Source of the DNA: Burkholderiales bacterium
GTDB lineage: Bacteria > Pseudomonadota > Gammaproteobacteria > Burkholderiales > Burkholderiaceae_E
Direction: 5' to 3'
Assembly (NCBI GenBank): GCA_037146935.1
Contig: JBAWWD010000019.1
Coordinates: 4,453 to 68,452, forward strand
Length of the DNA: 64,000 bases
The position numbers and the translations under genes were made by a program. Of the stretch, positions 49,516 through 58,783 are shown in pieces. Position 1 is the stretch's first letter. Each line of letters starts with the position of its first letter. The notes under the pieces were generated by a model. It was given only the letters and a program-made list of their open reading frames with translations. It was not told where the DNA came from and ran no database searches.

Positions 49516-52110
49516 ATGAATACCATCTACCGCACCCGGCTGCCTGGCACCTCGCTCGACCACTTCGACGCTCGCGCAGCGGTCGAGGCAATCGCCCCCG
49601 GCGCCTACGACAAGCTCCCCTACACCTCGCGCGTGCTGGCCGAAAATCTCGTGCGGCGCTGCGAGCCGGCCGCCCTCACCGAGTCGCTTCGCCAGCTCAT
49701 CGAGCGCCGCCGGGACCTCGATTTCCCGTGGTTCCCGGCGCGGGTGGTCTGCCATGACATCCTGGGCCAGACCGCGCTCGTCGATCTGGCCGGCCTGCGC
49801 GACGCCATCGCCGACCAGGGTGGCGACCCGGCCAAGGTGAACCCGGTGGTGCCGGTGCAGCTCATCGTGGACCACTCGCTCGCCGTGGAGTGCGGCGGCT
49901 TCGAGCCCGATGCCTTCGCGCGCAATCGCGCCATCGAGGACCGCCGCAACGAAGACCGCTTCCACTTCATCGACTGGACCAAGCTGGCCTTCCGCAATGT
50001 CGATGTGATCCCGCCGGGCAACGGGATCATGCATCAGATCAACCTGGAAAAGATGTCACCCGTCATCCAGGTGCGCGAGGGCGTGGCCTTCCCCGACACC
50101 TGCGTGGGCACCGACAGCCACACCCCGCACGTCGATGCGCTGGGCGTGATCGCCATCGGCGTGGGCGGCCTCGAGGCCGAGAACGTCATGCTCGGACGCG
50201 CCTCCTGGATGCGGCTGCCGGACATCGTCGCGGTCGAGCTCAGCGGCCGGCCGGGCCCGGGTATCACGGCCACCGACATGGTGCTGGCCCTCACCGAGTT
50301 CCTGCGCCAGCAGAAGGTGGTGGGCGCCTACCTCGAGTTCCGCGGCGAGGGCGCCTCGGCGCTCACCCTGGGCGATCGCGCCACCATCTCGAACATGGCC
50401 CCGGAGTATGGCGCCACCGCCGCCATGTTCTTCATCGACCAGCAGACCATCGACTACCTGCGGCTCACCGGCCGCGAAGACGAGCAGGTCGCGCTGGTGG
50501 AGACCTACGCCCGCCACACCGGCCTGTGGGCCGACAGCCTGACGCATGCCGAGTACGAGCGCACCCTGCGCTTCGACCTCTCCAGCGTGGTGCGCAACAT
50601 GGCCGGCCCGTCCAACCCGCACGCGCGGGTGGCCACCACCGATCTCGCCGCCCGCGGCATCGCTGGCCCGTGGCAGTCCGAGCCGGGGCGCATGCCCGAC
50701 GGCGCGGTGATCATCGCCGCCATCACCAGCTGCACCAACACCAGCAACCCGCGCAACGTGATCGCCGCCGGCCTGCTGGCGCGCAACGCCAACCGCATGG
50801 GCCTCACCCGCAAGCCCTGGGTGAAGACCTCGCTCGCGCCCGGCTCGAAGGCGGTGGCCCTCTACCTGGACGAGGCCGGCCTCACCACCGAGCTCGAGCG
50901 TCTGGGCTTCGGCGTGGTGGCCTTTGCCTGCACCACCTGCAATGGCATGTCGGGCGCGCTCGATCCGGCCATCCAGAAGGAGATCATCGAGCGCGACCTC
51001 TACGCCACTGCCGTGCTCTCGGGCAACCGCAACTTCGACGGCCGCATCCATCCCTACGCCCGGCAGGCCTTCCTCGCCTCGCCGCCGCTGGTGGTGGCCT
51101 ACGCCATCGCCGGCACGGTGCGGGTCGACATCGAGAAGGACCCGCTCGGCGTGGTCGACGGCAAGCCGGTGATGCTCAAGGACCTCTGGCCCACCGACGC
51201 CGAGATCGACGCGGTGGTGCGTGCCTCGGTCAAGCCCGAGCAGTTCCGCAAGGTCTACACCCCGATGTTCGACATCGCCCGCGAGACCGGGCCTGCGGTA
51301 AGCCCGCTCTACGACTGGCGCCCGCAGTCCACCTACATCCGCCGCCCGCCCTACTGGGAGGGCGCGCTCGCCGGCGAGCGCACGCTGCGCGGCATGCGGC
51401 CGCTGGCGGTGCTTGGCGACAACATCACCACCGATCACCTCTCGCCCTCGAACGCCATCCTGCCCGACAGCGCGGCCGGCGAGTATCTCGCCCGCATGGG
51501 CCTGCCCGAGGAAGACTTCAACTCCTACGCCACCCACCGCGGCGATCACCTCACCGCGCTGCGCGCCACCTTCGCCAACCCCACCCTGAAGAACGAGATG
51601 GCGGTGATAGACGGCAAGATGAAGGCGGGCTCGCTGGCACGCGTGGAGCCCGAGGGTCAGGTGATGCGCATGTGGGAAGCCATCGAGACCTACATGAACC
51701 GCCGCCAGCCGCTGATCATCGTGGCCGGCGCCGACTACGGCCAGGGCTCCTCGCGAGACTGGGCGGCCAAGGGCGTTCGGCTGGCTGGCGTCGAGGCCAT
51801 CGTGGCCGAGGGCTTCGAGCGCATCCACCGCACCAACCTGATCGGCATGGGCGTGCTGCCGCTGGAGTTCCTGCCCGGCACCACGCGCAAGACCCTGGGC
51901 ATCGACGGCACCGAGACCTTCGATGTGATCGGCGAGCGCACGCCGCGGGCCACCCTCACGCTGGTCATCCACCGCCGTGACGGCCAGCGACTGGAAGTGC
52001 CGGTGACCTGCCGGCTCGATACCGCCGAGGAGGTCTCCATCTACGACGCGGGCGGCGTGCTGCAGCGCTTTGCCCAGGATTTCCTCGCCTCTTCCCGTCA
52101 AGCCGCCTGA
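49516..52110 (+). CDS. acnD: Fe/S-dependent 2-methylisocitrate dehydratase AcnD
   Basis: It starts MNTIYRTRLPGTSLDHFDARAAVEAIAPGAYDKLPYTSRVLAENLVRRC and has DLDFPWFPARVVCHDILGQTALVDLAGLRD. The aconitase Cys ligands are ITSCTNTSNP and CTTCNG. Confidence 0.95.
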   Translation: MNTIYRTRLPGTSLDHFDARAAVEAIAPGAYDKLPYTSRVLAENLVRRCEPAALTESLRQLIERRRDLDFPWFPARVVCHDILGQTALVDLAGLRDAIADQGGDPAKVNPVVPVQLIVDHSLAVECGGFEPDAFARNRAIEDRRNEDRFHFIDWTKLAFRNVDVIPPGNGIMHQINLEKMSPVIQVREGVAFPDTCVGTDSHTPHVDALGVIAIGVGGLEAENVMLGRASWMRLPDIVAVELSGRPGPGITATDMVLALTEFLRQQKVVGAYLEFRGEGASALTLGDRATISNMAPEYGATAAMFFIDQQTIDYLRLTGREDEQVALVETYARHTGLWADSLTHAEYERTLRFDLSSVVRNMAGPSNPHARVATTDLAARGIAGPWQSEPGRMPDGAVIIAAITSCTNTSNPRNVIAAGLLARNANRMGLTRKPWVKTSLAPGSKAVALYLDEAGLTTELERLGFGVVAFACTTCNGMSGALDPAIQKEIIERDLYATAVLSGNRNFDGRIHPYARQAFLASPPLVVAYAIAGTVRVDIEKDPLGVVDGKPVMLKDLWPTDAEIDAVVRASVKPEQFRKVYTPMFDIARETGPAVSPLYDWRPQSTYIRRPPYWEGALAGERTLRGMRPLAVLGDNITTDHLSPSNAILPDSAAGEYLARMGLPEEDFNSYATHRGDHLTALRATFANPTLKNEMAVIDGKMKAGSLARVEPEGQVMRMWEAIETYMNRRQPLIIVAGADYGQGSSRDWAAKGVRLAGVEAIVAEGFERIHRTNLIGMGVLPLEFLPGTTRKTLGIDGTETFDVIGERTPRATLTLVIHRRDGQRLEVPVTCRLDTAEEVSIYDAGGVLQRFAQDFLASSRQAA

Positions 52111-52118
52111 GGACCGCC

Positions 52119-53309
52119 ATGGCCCGTGCCCCGCAGATCCGCATCCCCGCCACCTACCTGCGTGGCGGCACCAGCAAGGGCGTGTTCTTCCGCCTGCAAG
52201 ACCTGCCCCCGGCAGCCCAGGTGCCTGGCAAGGCCCGCGACGCCCTGCTGATGCGCGTGATCGGCAGCCCCGACCCCTACGGCAAGCAGATCGACGGCAT
52301 GGGCGCGGCCACCTCCAGCACCAGCAAGACCGTGATCATCTCGCGCAGCAGCCGCCCTGATCACGACGTCGACTACCTCTTCGGCCAGGTCTCCATCGAC
52401 TCGGCCTTCGTCGACTGGAGCGGCAACTGCGGCAACCTGTCGGCCGCGGTGGGGCCCTTCTCGATCGGCGCCGGGCTGATCGACCCCTCGCGCATTCCGC
52501 GCAACGGCACGGCCACGGTGCGCATCTGGCAGGCGAACATCGGCAAGACCATCATCGCCCACGTGCCGATCACCGACAGCCAGGTGCAGGAGACCGGTGA
52601 CTTCGAGCTCGACGGCGTGACCTTCCCGGCCGCCGAGGTGCAGCTCGAGTTCATGGACCCGGCCGCCGAGGAAGAAGGCGCCGGTGGCGCCATGTTCCCC
52701 ACCGGCAACCTGGTGGACGAGCTCTCGGTGCCGGGCGTGGGCGTGCTCAGGGCCACGATGATCAATGCCGGCATCCCCACCATCTTCCTGAACGCGGCCG
52801 ACATCGGCTGCACCGGCACCGAGCTGCAGGATGCGATCAACACCGACCCCGCCGCGCTGGCGCGATTCGAGACCATCCGGGCGCACGGGGCGGTGCGCAT
52901 GGGCCTGATCGCCCACGTTGACGAGGCTGCGCGCCGTCAGCACACGCCGAAGGTGGCCTTCGTCGCCCCGCCCACGAGCTACACCGCCTCCAGCGGCAAG
53001 CCGGTGGCCGCGGCCGACATCGACCTGCTGGTGCGCGCGCTGTCGATGGGCAAGCTGCACCACGCCATGATGGGCACGGCGGCGGTGGCCATCGGCACCG
53101 CCGCGGCCATTCCGGGCACCCTGGTGAACCTCGCCGCGGGCGGCGGGCCGCGCCAGGCGGTGCGCTTCGGTCATCCCTCGGGCACCCTTCGGGTGGGCGC
53201 CGAGGCCAGCCAGGAAGGCGGCGAGTGGGTGGTGCGCAAGGCGATCATGAGCCGCAGCGCGCGCGTGCTCATGGAAGGCTGGGTGCGGGTGCCCGGCGAC
53301 TCATTCTGA
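52119..53309 (+). CDS. prpF: 2-methylaconitate cis-trans isomerase PrpF
   Basis: It has IPATYLRGGTSKGVFF, GSPDPYGKQIDGMGAATSSTSK and DWSGNCGNLSAAVGPF. It lies directly after acnD. Confidence 0.95.
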   Translation: MARAPQIRIPATYLRGGTSKGVFFRLQDLPPAAQVPGKARDALLMRVIGSPDPYGKQIDGMGAATSSTSKTVIISRSSRPDHDVDYLFGQVSIDSAFVDWSGNCGNLSAAVGPFSIGAGLIDPSRIPRNGTATVRIWQANIGKTIIAHVPITDSQVQETGDFELDGVTFPAAEVQLEFMDPAAEEEGAGGAMFPTGNLVDELSVPGVGVLRATMINAGIPTIFLNAADIGCTGTELQDAINTDPAALARFETIRAHGAVRMGLIAHVDEAARRQHTPKVAFVAPPTSYTASSGKPVAAADIDLLVRALSMGKLHHAMMGTAAVAIGTAAAIPGTLVNLAAGGGPRQAVRFGHPSGTLRVGAEASQEGGEWVVRKAIMSRSARVLMEGWVRVPGDSF

Positions 53310-53322
53310 ACGGAGGCGGCGC

Positions 53323-53727
53323 ATGAAGATCGAGGGCGGCTGTTACTGCAAGGGCCTGCGTTACGAGGCCGAGGGCGAGCCCCTGGCCTCGCTGCAATGC
53401 CATTGCCGGGAGTGCCAGTACATCACTGGCGGCAATCCGAACGTCATCATGGTGATGCCCGAGTCGGGCTTTCGCTTCACGCGCGGACAGCCCGGCAGCT
53501 TCACCCGCACAGACATCGAGAACGCGGTCACCCGCTACTTCTGCCCCACCTGCGGCACCGCGATCGGCACGCGCTCACCCAAGCGGCCGGGTGCGGTCAT
53601 TCTCAAGGTGGGCACCTTTGACGACCCCTCGGTGTTCCAGCCCAAGGCCGCCATCTTCACGATCGACAAGCAGGCCTTCCACCATATCCCGGAGGGCCTG
53701 CCGGCCTTCGAGCGTCGCCCGGGCTGA
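53323..53727 (+). CDS. GFA-family (glutathione-dependent formaldehyde-activating / CENP-V-like) zinc protein
   Basis: The Cys pattern is GGCYCKGLRY...CHCRECQ...FCPTCG. Confidence 0.85.
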   Translation: MKIEGGCYCKGLRYEAEGEPLASLQCHCRECQYITGGNPNVIMVMPESGFRFTRGQPGSFTRTDIENAVTRYFCPTCGTAIGTRSPKRPGAVILKVGTFDDPSVFQPKAAIFTIDKQAFHHIPEGLPAFERRPG

Positions 53728-53728
53728 G

Positions 53729-55714
53729 TCAGCCGGGCGCGGTGAGCGCGGCCGCCAGCCGTGTGAGCACGGGCGCCCATTGCCGGTCCGGGCCCTGACG
53801 ATGGAGTCGGGCGCTGGCATACCAGGGGCTGTCCTCGCGATCGAGCAGCCACCGAAAGGCCGGCACCCACGGCAGCAGCACATGCAGCGGCTTGCCGAGC
53901 GCGCCCGCAAGGTGCGCCACGCTGGTGTCCACGCTGATGATCACATCGACGCACTCGCACAGCGCAGCCGTGTCGGAGAAATCCGCGAGGCTGGCGCTGA
54001 CATCCAGGATGTGCGGACTGGCGGCCAGAACGGGCCTGTCGGTGGCGGCGATCTCCTTCTGCAGCGAGACGCAGGTCAGGCCCGCAGGCAGCTGAGCCAG
54101 CAGTTGCGCGAGGCTCAGATTGCGGGAAGGGTCGTTGCCCTGCGTGGTGCTGCCGCTCCACACCAGCCCAATGCGCGGCGACTGCGCAGGCCCCAGCCGT
54201 TCCCGCCACGCCGCCACGCGCTGCGGATCGGCGCGCAGATAGCCCTTCGCCAGCGGGATGCTGTCCAGGGTGGTCTTCAGCGCCAGCGGCAGTGACATCA
54301 GGGGGCACTGCCAGTCAATCGGCGGCACGGGCTGGCCCTGCTCGATGAGCTGGTCAACACCCGCCAGCCCCCGCATCAGACCGGCCAGCGGCCGCTGCAC
54401 CTCCAGCACCACCCGCGCGCCCATCGCGGCCACCACCGGCACATAGCGGCAGAACTGCAGCGTGTCGCCCAGGCCCTGTTCGGCATGCAGCAGGATGGTG
54501 CGGCCGGCCAGCGGCGCCTGCCCGAGCCACAGCGGCTGGGGGTAACGGCGCGGCGCGAGCGCGGCGGGGTCATCCTGCCAGCGCGCCTCGTACTCGGCCC
54601 AGCCCAGGGGGTAGTCGCCCTGCAGCAGGGATATCAGCGCCCGGTTGAATCGGGCCTGCGGATAGCCGGGTCGCAGCGCGATGGCGCGGTCGTAGCTGCG
54701 GGTGGCCTCGGCATATTGCCCCATGCGCTCGAGCACCAGACCCAGGGCGCTGTGCGCATCGGCCAGATCGGGCTGAAGCGCGATGGCGCGTTCGAAGGCA
54801 ACCCTCGCCTGGGGCAGCCGGTCGAGTTCGCGCAGCACATGACCGAGGTTGACATGGATGGGCGCGAGATCCGGCCGCAGGGCGAGGGCCTGCTCGTGGC
54901 TGGCCAGCGCCTGCGGCAGCCGCCCCAGCGCCTTCAGGGCGTTGCCCCGGTTGCTGAGGGCCTCCGGGAATGCCGGCTGCAGGGCGATGGCGCGCTCGTA
55001 GGCGATCAGCGCCGACTCGTGGCGGCCCAGCGCGGTGAGCGCCATGCCAAGGGCATGGTGCAGGACCGCCGGTTGCGGCCGCAGCGCGATCGCCCGCTCG
55101 AAATGGGCGATGGCCGCCTGATGCCGACCGAGCGCGGCCAGCACCTCGGCGAGGCTGACGTGCAGGTCGGCATCATCAGGACGCAGCGCCAGCGCCTGCT
55201 CGAAGCTGGCCGCCGCTGCCTCAGGGCGCTGCAGCTGCTGCAGCACCAGCCCCCGGTTGCACAGCGCATCGGCATGTGTCGGCTCCAGCCGAACCGCCGC
55301 CTCGAAGGCCTGCAACGCCGGCTCGAAACGCCCCAGCCCGGCCAGCGCATTGCCCAGGTTGTACTGCGCCCCCGCCAGACCCGCATCGGCACCCACCGCG
55401 CGTTCCAGCAAGCCCACCGCCGCGACCGCGTCGCCCGCGCGCTGTGCGATCACCCCCAGCAGGTTCAGCGCCCGCGCGTGACCGGGATCGACCGCCACCA
55501 GGCGCTCGAGCTGCAATCGAGCCTCCTGCGCGCGGCCCTCGGCCAGGAGCGACTGAGCACCTTCATAGCTGGCAGGCGGCTCCGTGGCCATGGCAACACG
55601 GCTCGCCACCGGTGCGTCGCCCGCAGCCGCCGGATCGGCCGGCATCGCGGCATCGGTCTGTGTCGCGCCCTCGGGTCGTGGGCGTCGTCGAAAGAAGCCC
55701 GGCAGTCCGATCAC
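53729..55714 (-). CDS. TPR-repeat protein fused to a GT9 (heptosyltransferase-like) glycosyltransferase domain
   Basis: 661 aa. The GTG start at 55714 overlaps the upstream stop (GTGA). About 9-10 TPRs are followed by ILLHAEQGLGDTLQFCRYVP...IGLVWSGS...ISVDTSVAHLAGALGKPLHVLLP, typical of GT9-like GT-B folds. Confidence 0.8.
   Translation of the reverse strand: MIGLPGFFRRRPRPEGATQTDAAMPADPAAAGDAPVASRVAMATEPPASYEGAQSLLAEGRAQEARLQLERLVAVDPGHARALNLLGVIAQRAGDAVAAVGLLERAVGADAGLAGAQYNLGNALAGLGRFEPALQAFEAAVRLEPTHADALCNRGLVLQQLQRPEAAAASFEQALALRPDDADLHVSLAEVLAALGRHQAAIAHFERAIALRPQPAVLHHALGMALTALGRHESALIAYERAIALQPAFPEALSNRGNALKALGRLPQALASHEQALALRPDLAPIHVNLGHVLRELDRLPQARVAFERAIALQPDLADAHSALGLVLERMGQYAEATRSYDRAIALRPGYPQARFNRALISLLQGDYPLGWAEYEARWQDDPAALAPRRYPQPLWLGQAPLAGRTILLHAEQGLGDTLQFCRYVPVVAAMGARVVLEVQRPLAGLMRGLAGVDQLIEQGQPVPPIDWQCPLMSLPLALKTTLDSIPLAKGYLRADPQRVAAWRERLGPAQSPRIGLVWSGSTTQGNDPSRNLSLAQLLAQLPAGLTCVSLQKEIAATDRPVLAASPHILDVSASLADFSDTAALCECVDVIISVDTSVAHLAGALGKPLHVLLPWVPAFRWLLDREDSPWYASARLHRQGPDRQWAPVLTRLAAALTAPG
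55145..55582. repeat. Direct repeat copy A: N-terminal TPR module of the GT9-like gene
   Basis: It encodes EPPASYEGAQSLLAEGRAQEARLQLERLVAVDPGHARALNLLGVIAQRAGDAVAAVGLLERAV...FEQALALRPDDADLH. This is nearly identical to copy B, 2537 bp away. Confidence 0.8.
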
Positions 55715-58221
55715 CGCTCCACCGCGCTCGGAAGTTCATCGGGGACCGTGATATCGGCCGGCTCGAGGCCCGCCACGTTGCGCTGGTGCATCTGCCGATA
55801 GGCCCACTCGAGATCACGTGCGAAGCGCGCGGTGTCGAAGAGCGGCGCGCTCAAGCGAGCGGCATCGAGCCGCTGCCTGTACGACGCGAGCGGTTGCGGA
55901 TCACGCGCCAGCGCGATGGCCATGCGCTCGTAGTCTTCGGGGGTGTCGGCGATGAGTTCGGGCAGCCCCACGGCCCTGAGCAGGCTGGCCGCCACGCGGC
56001 TCGGGAACGACTGCCCCGGCCGTGTCAGCACCGGCAGCGCCATCCACAGGGCGTCACTCGCCGTGGTGTGCGCGTTGTAGGGAAAGGTGTCCAGGAAGAG
56101 ATCGGCCTGCCGATGCCGGCTCAGGTGCTCGGCGGTGGGCACGCGCCCGGCGAACACCAGCCTGCCCGGATCGACACCGCGCTGCCGCGCGTGCTGACGC
56201 AGGTTGTTCGCTGCCTGCGGGTTGTCCTGCAGCAGCCAGAGCACGCTGCCGGGCACCGCGGAAAGAATGCGCATCCAGGCATCGAACACCGACGGGAGAA
56301 TCTTGTGGGTGTTGTTGAACGAGCAGTAGACGAATCTGTCTTCGGGCAGGCCGAGTTCGGCGCGCGTGAACACCCGATCGGAGACCTGGCGCCGGGAATC
56401 GTTGACCTGGTAGCTGTGCGGCATGCGCACCACCTTCTCGGTGAACGAGGCCGCGGCCTGCGGCGCGATGACGGTGTGATCGGCCACGATGTAATCCATG
56501 CAGGCCGAGGCCATGGTGCCGGGATAGGCGAGGAAGTTCACCTGGACCGGCGCGCAGCGCCCCGCGAAGATGCCGCTTCGGGAATCCTGGGTGTAGCCGT
56601 TGAGGTCGATGGCGATGTCCACGCCGGCCTCGCGGGCCAGCCGGATCGCCTCGGCATCGGACATCACACCCACGGCCGAGAACCGGTCCACGCCCGCCAT
56701 GATTCGGCGGCGCATCGCGTCATCGCGGGCGGGGCCCAGCGCGAAGGCCATCACCTCGAACTGGGCACGGTCGTGCCGTTCGAGGAGTTCGGCAACCAGG
56801 TAGGCGGTGGCGTGGGTATAGAAATCGGCCGAGAAGTAGCCAAGCCGTATCCGGCCGCCGCTGCGGCATCGCCCGGCCGCGTTCGCAGGCGCGGGCGCGG
56901 GGTGATGCGACTGCGCGTAGCTGCGCGCCGCAGCCGCATGGACCGCCGGGTTGTCGGTGAGCGAGAGCGCCGCGAACGGCATGGTCACCGGGCGACCCGC
57001 GAGCACCTCGGTCTCGAGGCGAGCGATCAGGGCATCGAAGTCACGCCAGTCACAGACCCGCATCTTCGCGTGCTGCAGCGTGCCGAGGAGAAACGCCTGA
57101 TCGGGGCGGATTCGCAGCGCCTGCTCGTAGCTGGCAATGGCCTCCTCGACGCGGCGCAACGCGTGCAGCAGCAGACCGCGGTTGTTGTGCGCGTCAGCAT
57201 GCTCGGGATCAAGCGCGATCGCGCGGTCATAGGCAGGCAAGGCCTCGCCCAGGCGATCGAGCCGGTGCAACGCGAGACCGCGCCCGAAATGCGCGTCGGC
57301 CAACTGCGGATCGCGCGACAGCGCCGCATCGAAACCGGCCAGCGCCTCGGTGAAGCGTTCGAGGGCATTCAGCACCGAGGCACGCCGCACCACCGGCTCG
57401 GCCTGACCTGGCGTTACCTGCACCAGGCGGTCATAGACGGCCAGCGCCTCACCGGACCGCCCCAGCGCGCGCAGCAGCGCGGCTTGATTGGTCAGCGTGG
57501 CCACATGGTCTGGCGCCAGGCGCAACGCCCGCTCGTAGCTGGCGAGCGCCGGCTCGTGCTGGCCGCAGGCCTGCAGCGCGTTGCCCAGGCTGGACTGCGC
57601 CTCGGGGTTCTCGGGCTGCAACGCCGCCACCCGCCAGTAGGCCGCCAAGGCGTCGTCCAGCCGGCCCTGCTGGCGACGACTCTCGGCGAGGCCGGCATGC
57701 AGCTCGGCATCGTCGGGCCGCAACGCCAGCGCCTGTTCGAAGCTGGCCGCCGCCGCCTCGTGGCGCTGCAACTGCTGCAGCACCAGCCCCCGGTTGCACA
57801 GCGCATCGGCATGCCCGGGCTCCAGCCGCACCGCGGCCTCGAAGGCCTCCAGGGCCGGCTCGAAACGCCCGAGCTCGGCCAGCGCATTGCCCAGGTTGTA
57901 CTGCGCCCCCGCCAGACCCGCATCGGCACGCACCGCGCGCTCCAGCAGACCCACTGCCGCGGCCGCATCGCCCGCGCGCTGCGCGATCACCCCCAGCAGG
58001 TTCAGTGCCCGCGCATGCCCGGGCTCCGTCGCCACCAGGCGCTCGAGCTGTGTCCGCGCCTCCTGCGCGCGGCCTTCGGCCAGCAGGGACTGGGCGCCTT
58101 CGTAGCTGACGGGCGGCTCGGTGACCTTGGAAACAGGGATTGCCGCGGGCTCACCCGCCGTGGCCGACGGATCGGCCGGCGCCGACCGCGAGCGCTGGAA
58201 GAAACGGGGAAGGCGGAACAT
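55711..58221 (-). CDS. TPR-repeat protein fused to a GT41 (O-GlcNAc transferase / SPINDLY-like) domain
   Basis: 836 aa starting at ATG 58221 (MFRLPRFF). After ~11 TPRs come IRLGYFSADFYTHATAYLVAELLERHDRAQFEV, FNNTHKILPSVFDAWMRIL, ADLFLDTFPYNAHTTASDALWMALPVLT and SRVAASLL, which are OGT-family strings. Confidence 0.85.
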   Translation of the reverse strand: MFRLPRFFQRSRSAPADPSATAGEPAAIPVSKVTEPPVSYEGAQSLLAEGRAQEARTQLERLVATEPGHARALNLLGVIAQRAGDAAAAVGLLERAVRADAGLAGAQYNLGNALAELGRFEPALEAFEAAVRLEPGHADALCNRGLVLQQLQRHEAAAASFEQALALRPDDAELHAGLAESRRQQGRLDDALAAYWRVAALQPENPEAQSSLGNALQACGQHEPALASYERALRLAPDHVATLTNQAALLRALGRSGEALAVYDRLVQVTPGQAEPVVRRASVLNALERFTEALAGFDAALSRDPQLADAHFGRGLALHRLDRLGEALPAYDRAIALDPEHADAHNNRGLLLHALRRVEEAIASYEQALRIRPDQAFLLGTLQHAKMRVCDWRDFDALIARLETEVLAGRPVTMPFAALSLTDNPAVHAAAARSYAQSHHPAPAPANAAGRCRSGGRIRLGYFSADFYTHATAYLVAELLERHDRAQFEVMAFALGPARDDAMRRRIMAGVDRFSAVGVMSDAEAIRLAREAGVDIAIDLNGYTQDSRSGIFAGRCAPVQVNFLAYPGTMASACMDYIVADHTVIAPQAAASFTEKVVRMPHSYQVNDSRRQVSDRVFTRAELGLPEDRFVYCSFNNTHKILPSVFDAWMRILSAVPGSVLWLLQDNPQAANNLRQHARQRGVDPGRLVFAGRVPTAEHLSRHRQADLFLDTFPYNAHTTASDALWMALPVLTRPGQSFPSRVAASLLRAVGLPELIADTPEDYERMAIALARDPQPLASYRQRLDAARLSAPLFDTARFARDLEWAYRQMHQRNVAGLEPADITVPDELPSAVER
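57682..58119. repeat. Direct repeat copy B: N-terminal TPR module of the GT41-like gene
   Basis: It encodes EPPVSYEGAQSLLAEGRAQEARTQLERLVATEPGHARALNLLGVIAQRAGDAAAAVGLLERAV...FEQALALRPDDAELH. The off-frame ORFs 55257..55481 and 57794..58105 also mirror each other. Confidence 0.8.
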
Positions 58222-58272
58222 GGCCAGACCGGGAGGAGAACAGCCGACGACATTATCACGCGAGGCACACCC

Positions 58273-58754
58273 ATGAAGCTCTACATGGTGCCGCTGGCGC
58301 CGAACCCAACCAAGGTGATGCTCTACATCGCCGAGCGCGAAGCGGCCGGCGCGGCGCTGGGCATCGAACAGGTGGTGGTCAACACCCTGAAGGGGCGGCA
58401 CCGCGAGCCGGCCCACCTGGCGCGAAACCCCTTCGGCACGCTGCCGGTGCTGGAGCTTGACGATGGCAGCCACCTGATCGAATCGCTCACCATCATCGAG
58501 TACCTCGAGGAGCAGTTCCCCGATGGCGCGCTGATGGGCAGCAGCCCGCGCTCGACCTCCTGGAGTCGCTGCTGAGCGATGGCCGGCCGCTGCTTGGCGG
58601 GCAGGCGGTGTCGATTGCCGACTGCACGCTGCAGGCGGCGCTGCAGTTCTCGCGCTTCGCGCAGGCCGATGTGCTGGGCGAACGGCCGGGCCTGCGTGCC
58701 TGGGATGCCCGCTACCGCCAGCGCCCGGCCGCGAGCGCCGTGCTCAAGTGGTGA
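58273..58754 (+). pseudogene. Glutathione S-transferase remnant with an internal deletion and frameshift
   Basis: The N-terminal GST domain (MKLYMVPLAPNPTKVMLYIAE...LPVLELDDGSHLIESLTIIEYLEEQFPDGALMG) runs in one frame to a stop at 58575. The GST C-terminal end (LDLLESLLSDGRPLLGGQAVSIADCTLQAALQFSRFAQADVLGERPGLRAWDARYRQRPAASAVLKW) continues in another frame to 58754. Confidence 0.65.
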
Positions 58755-58783
58755 CCCGCCAACGCAAGGCCCGGGCGGGCCGC

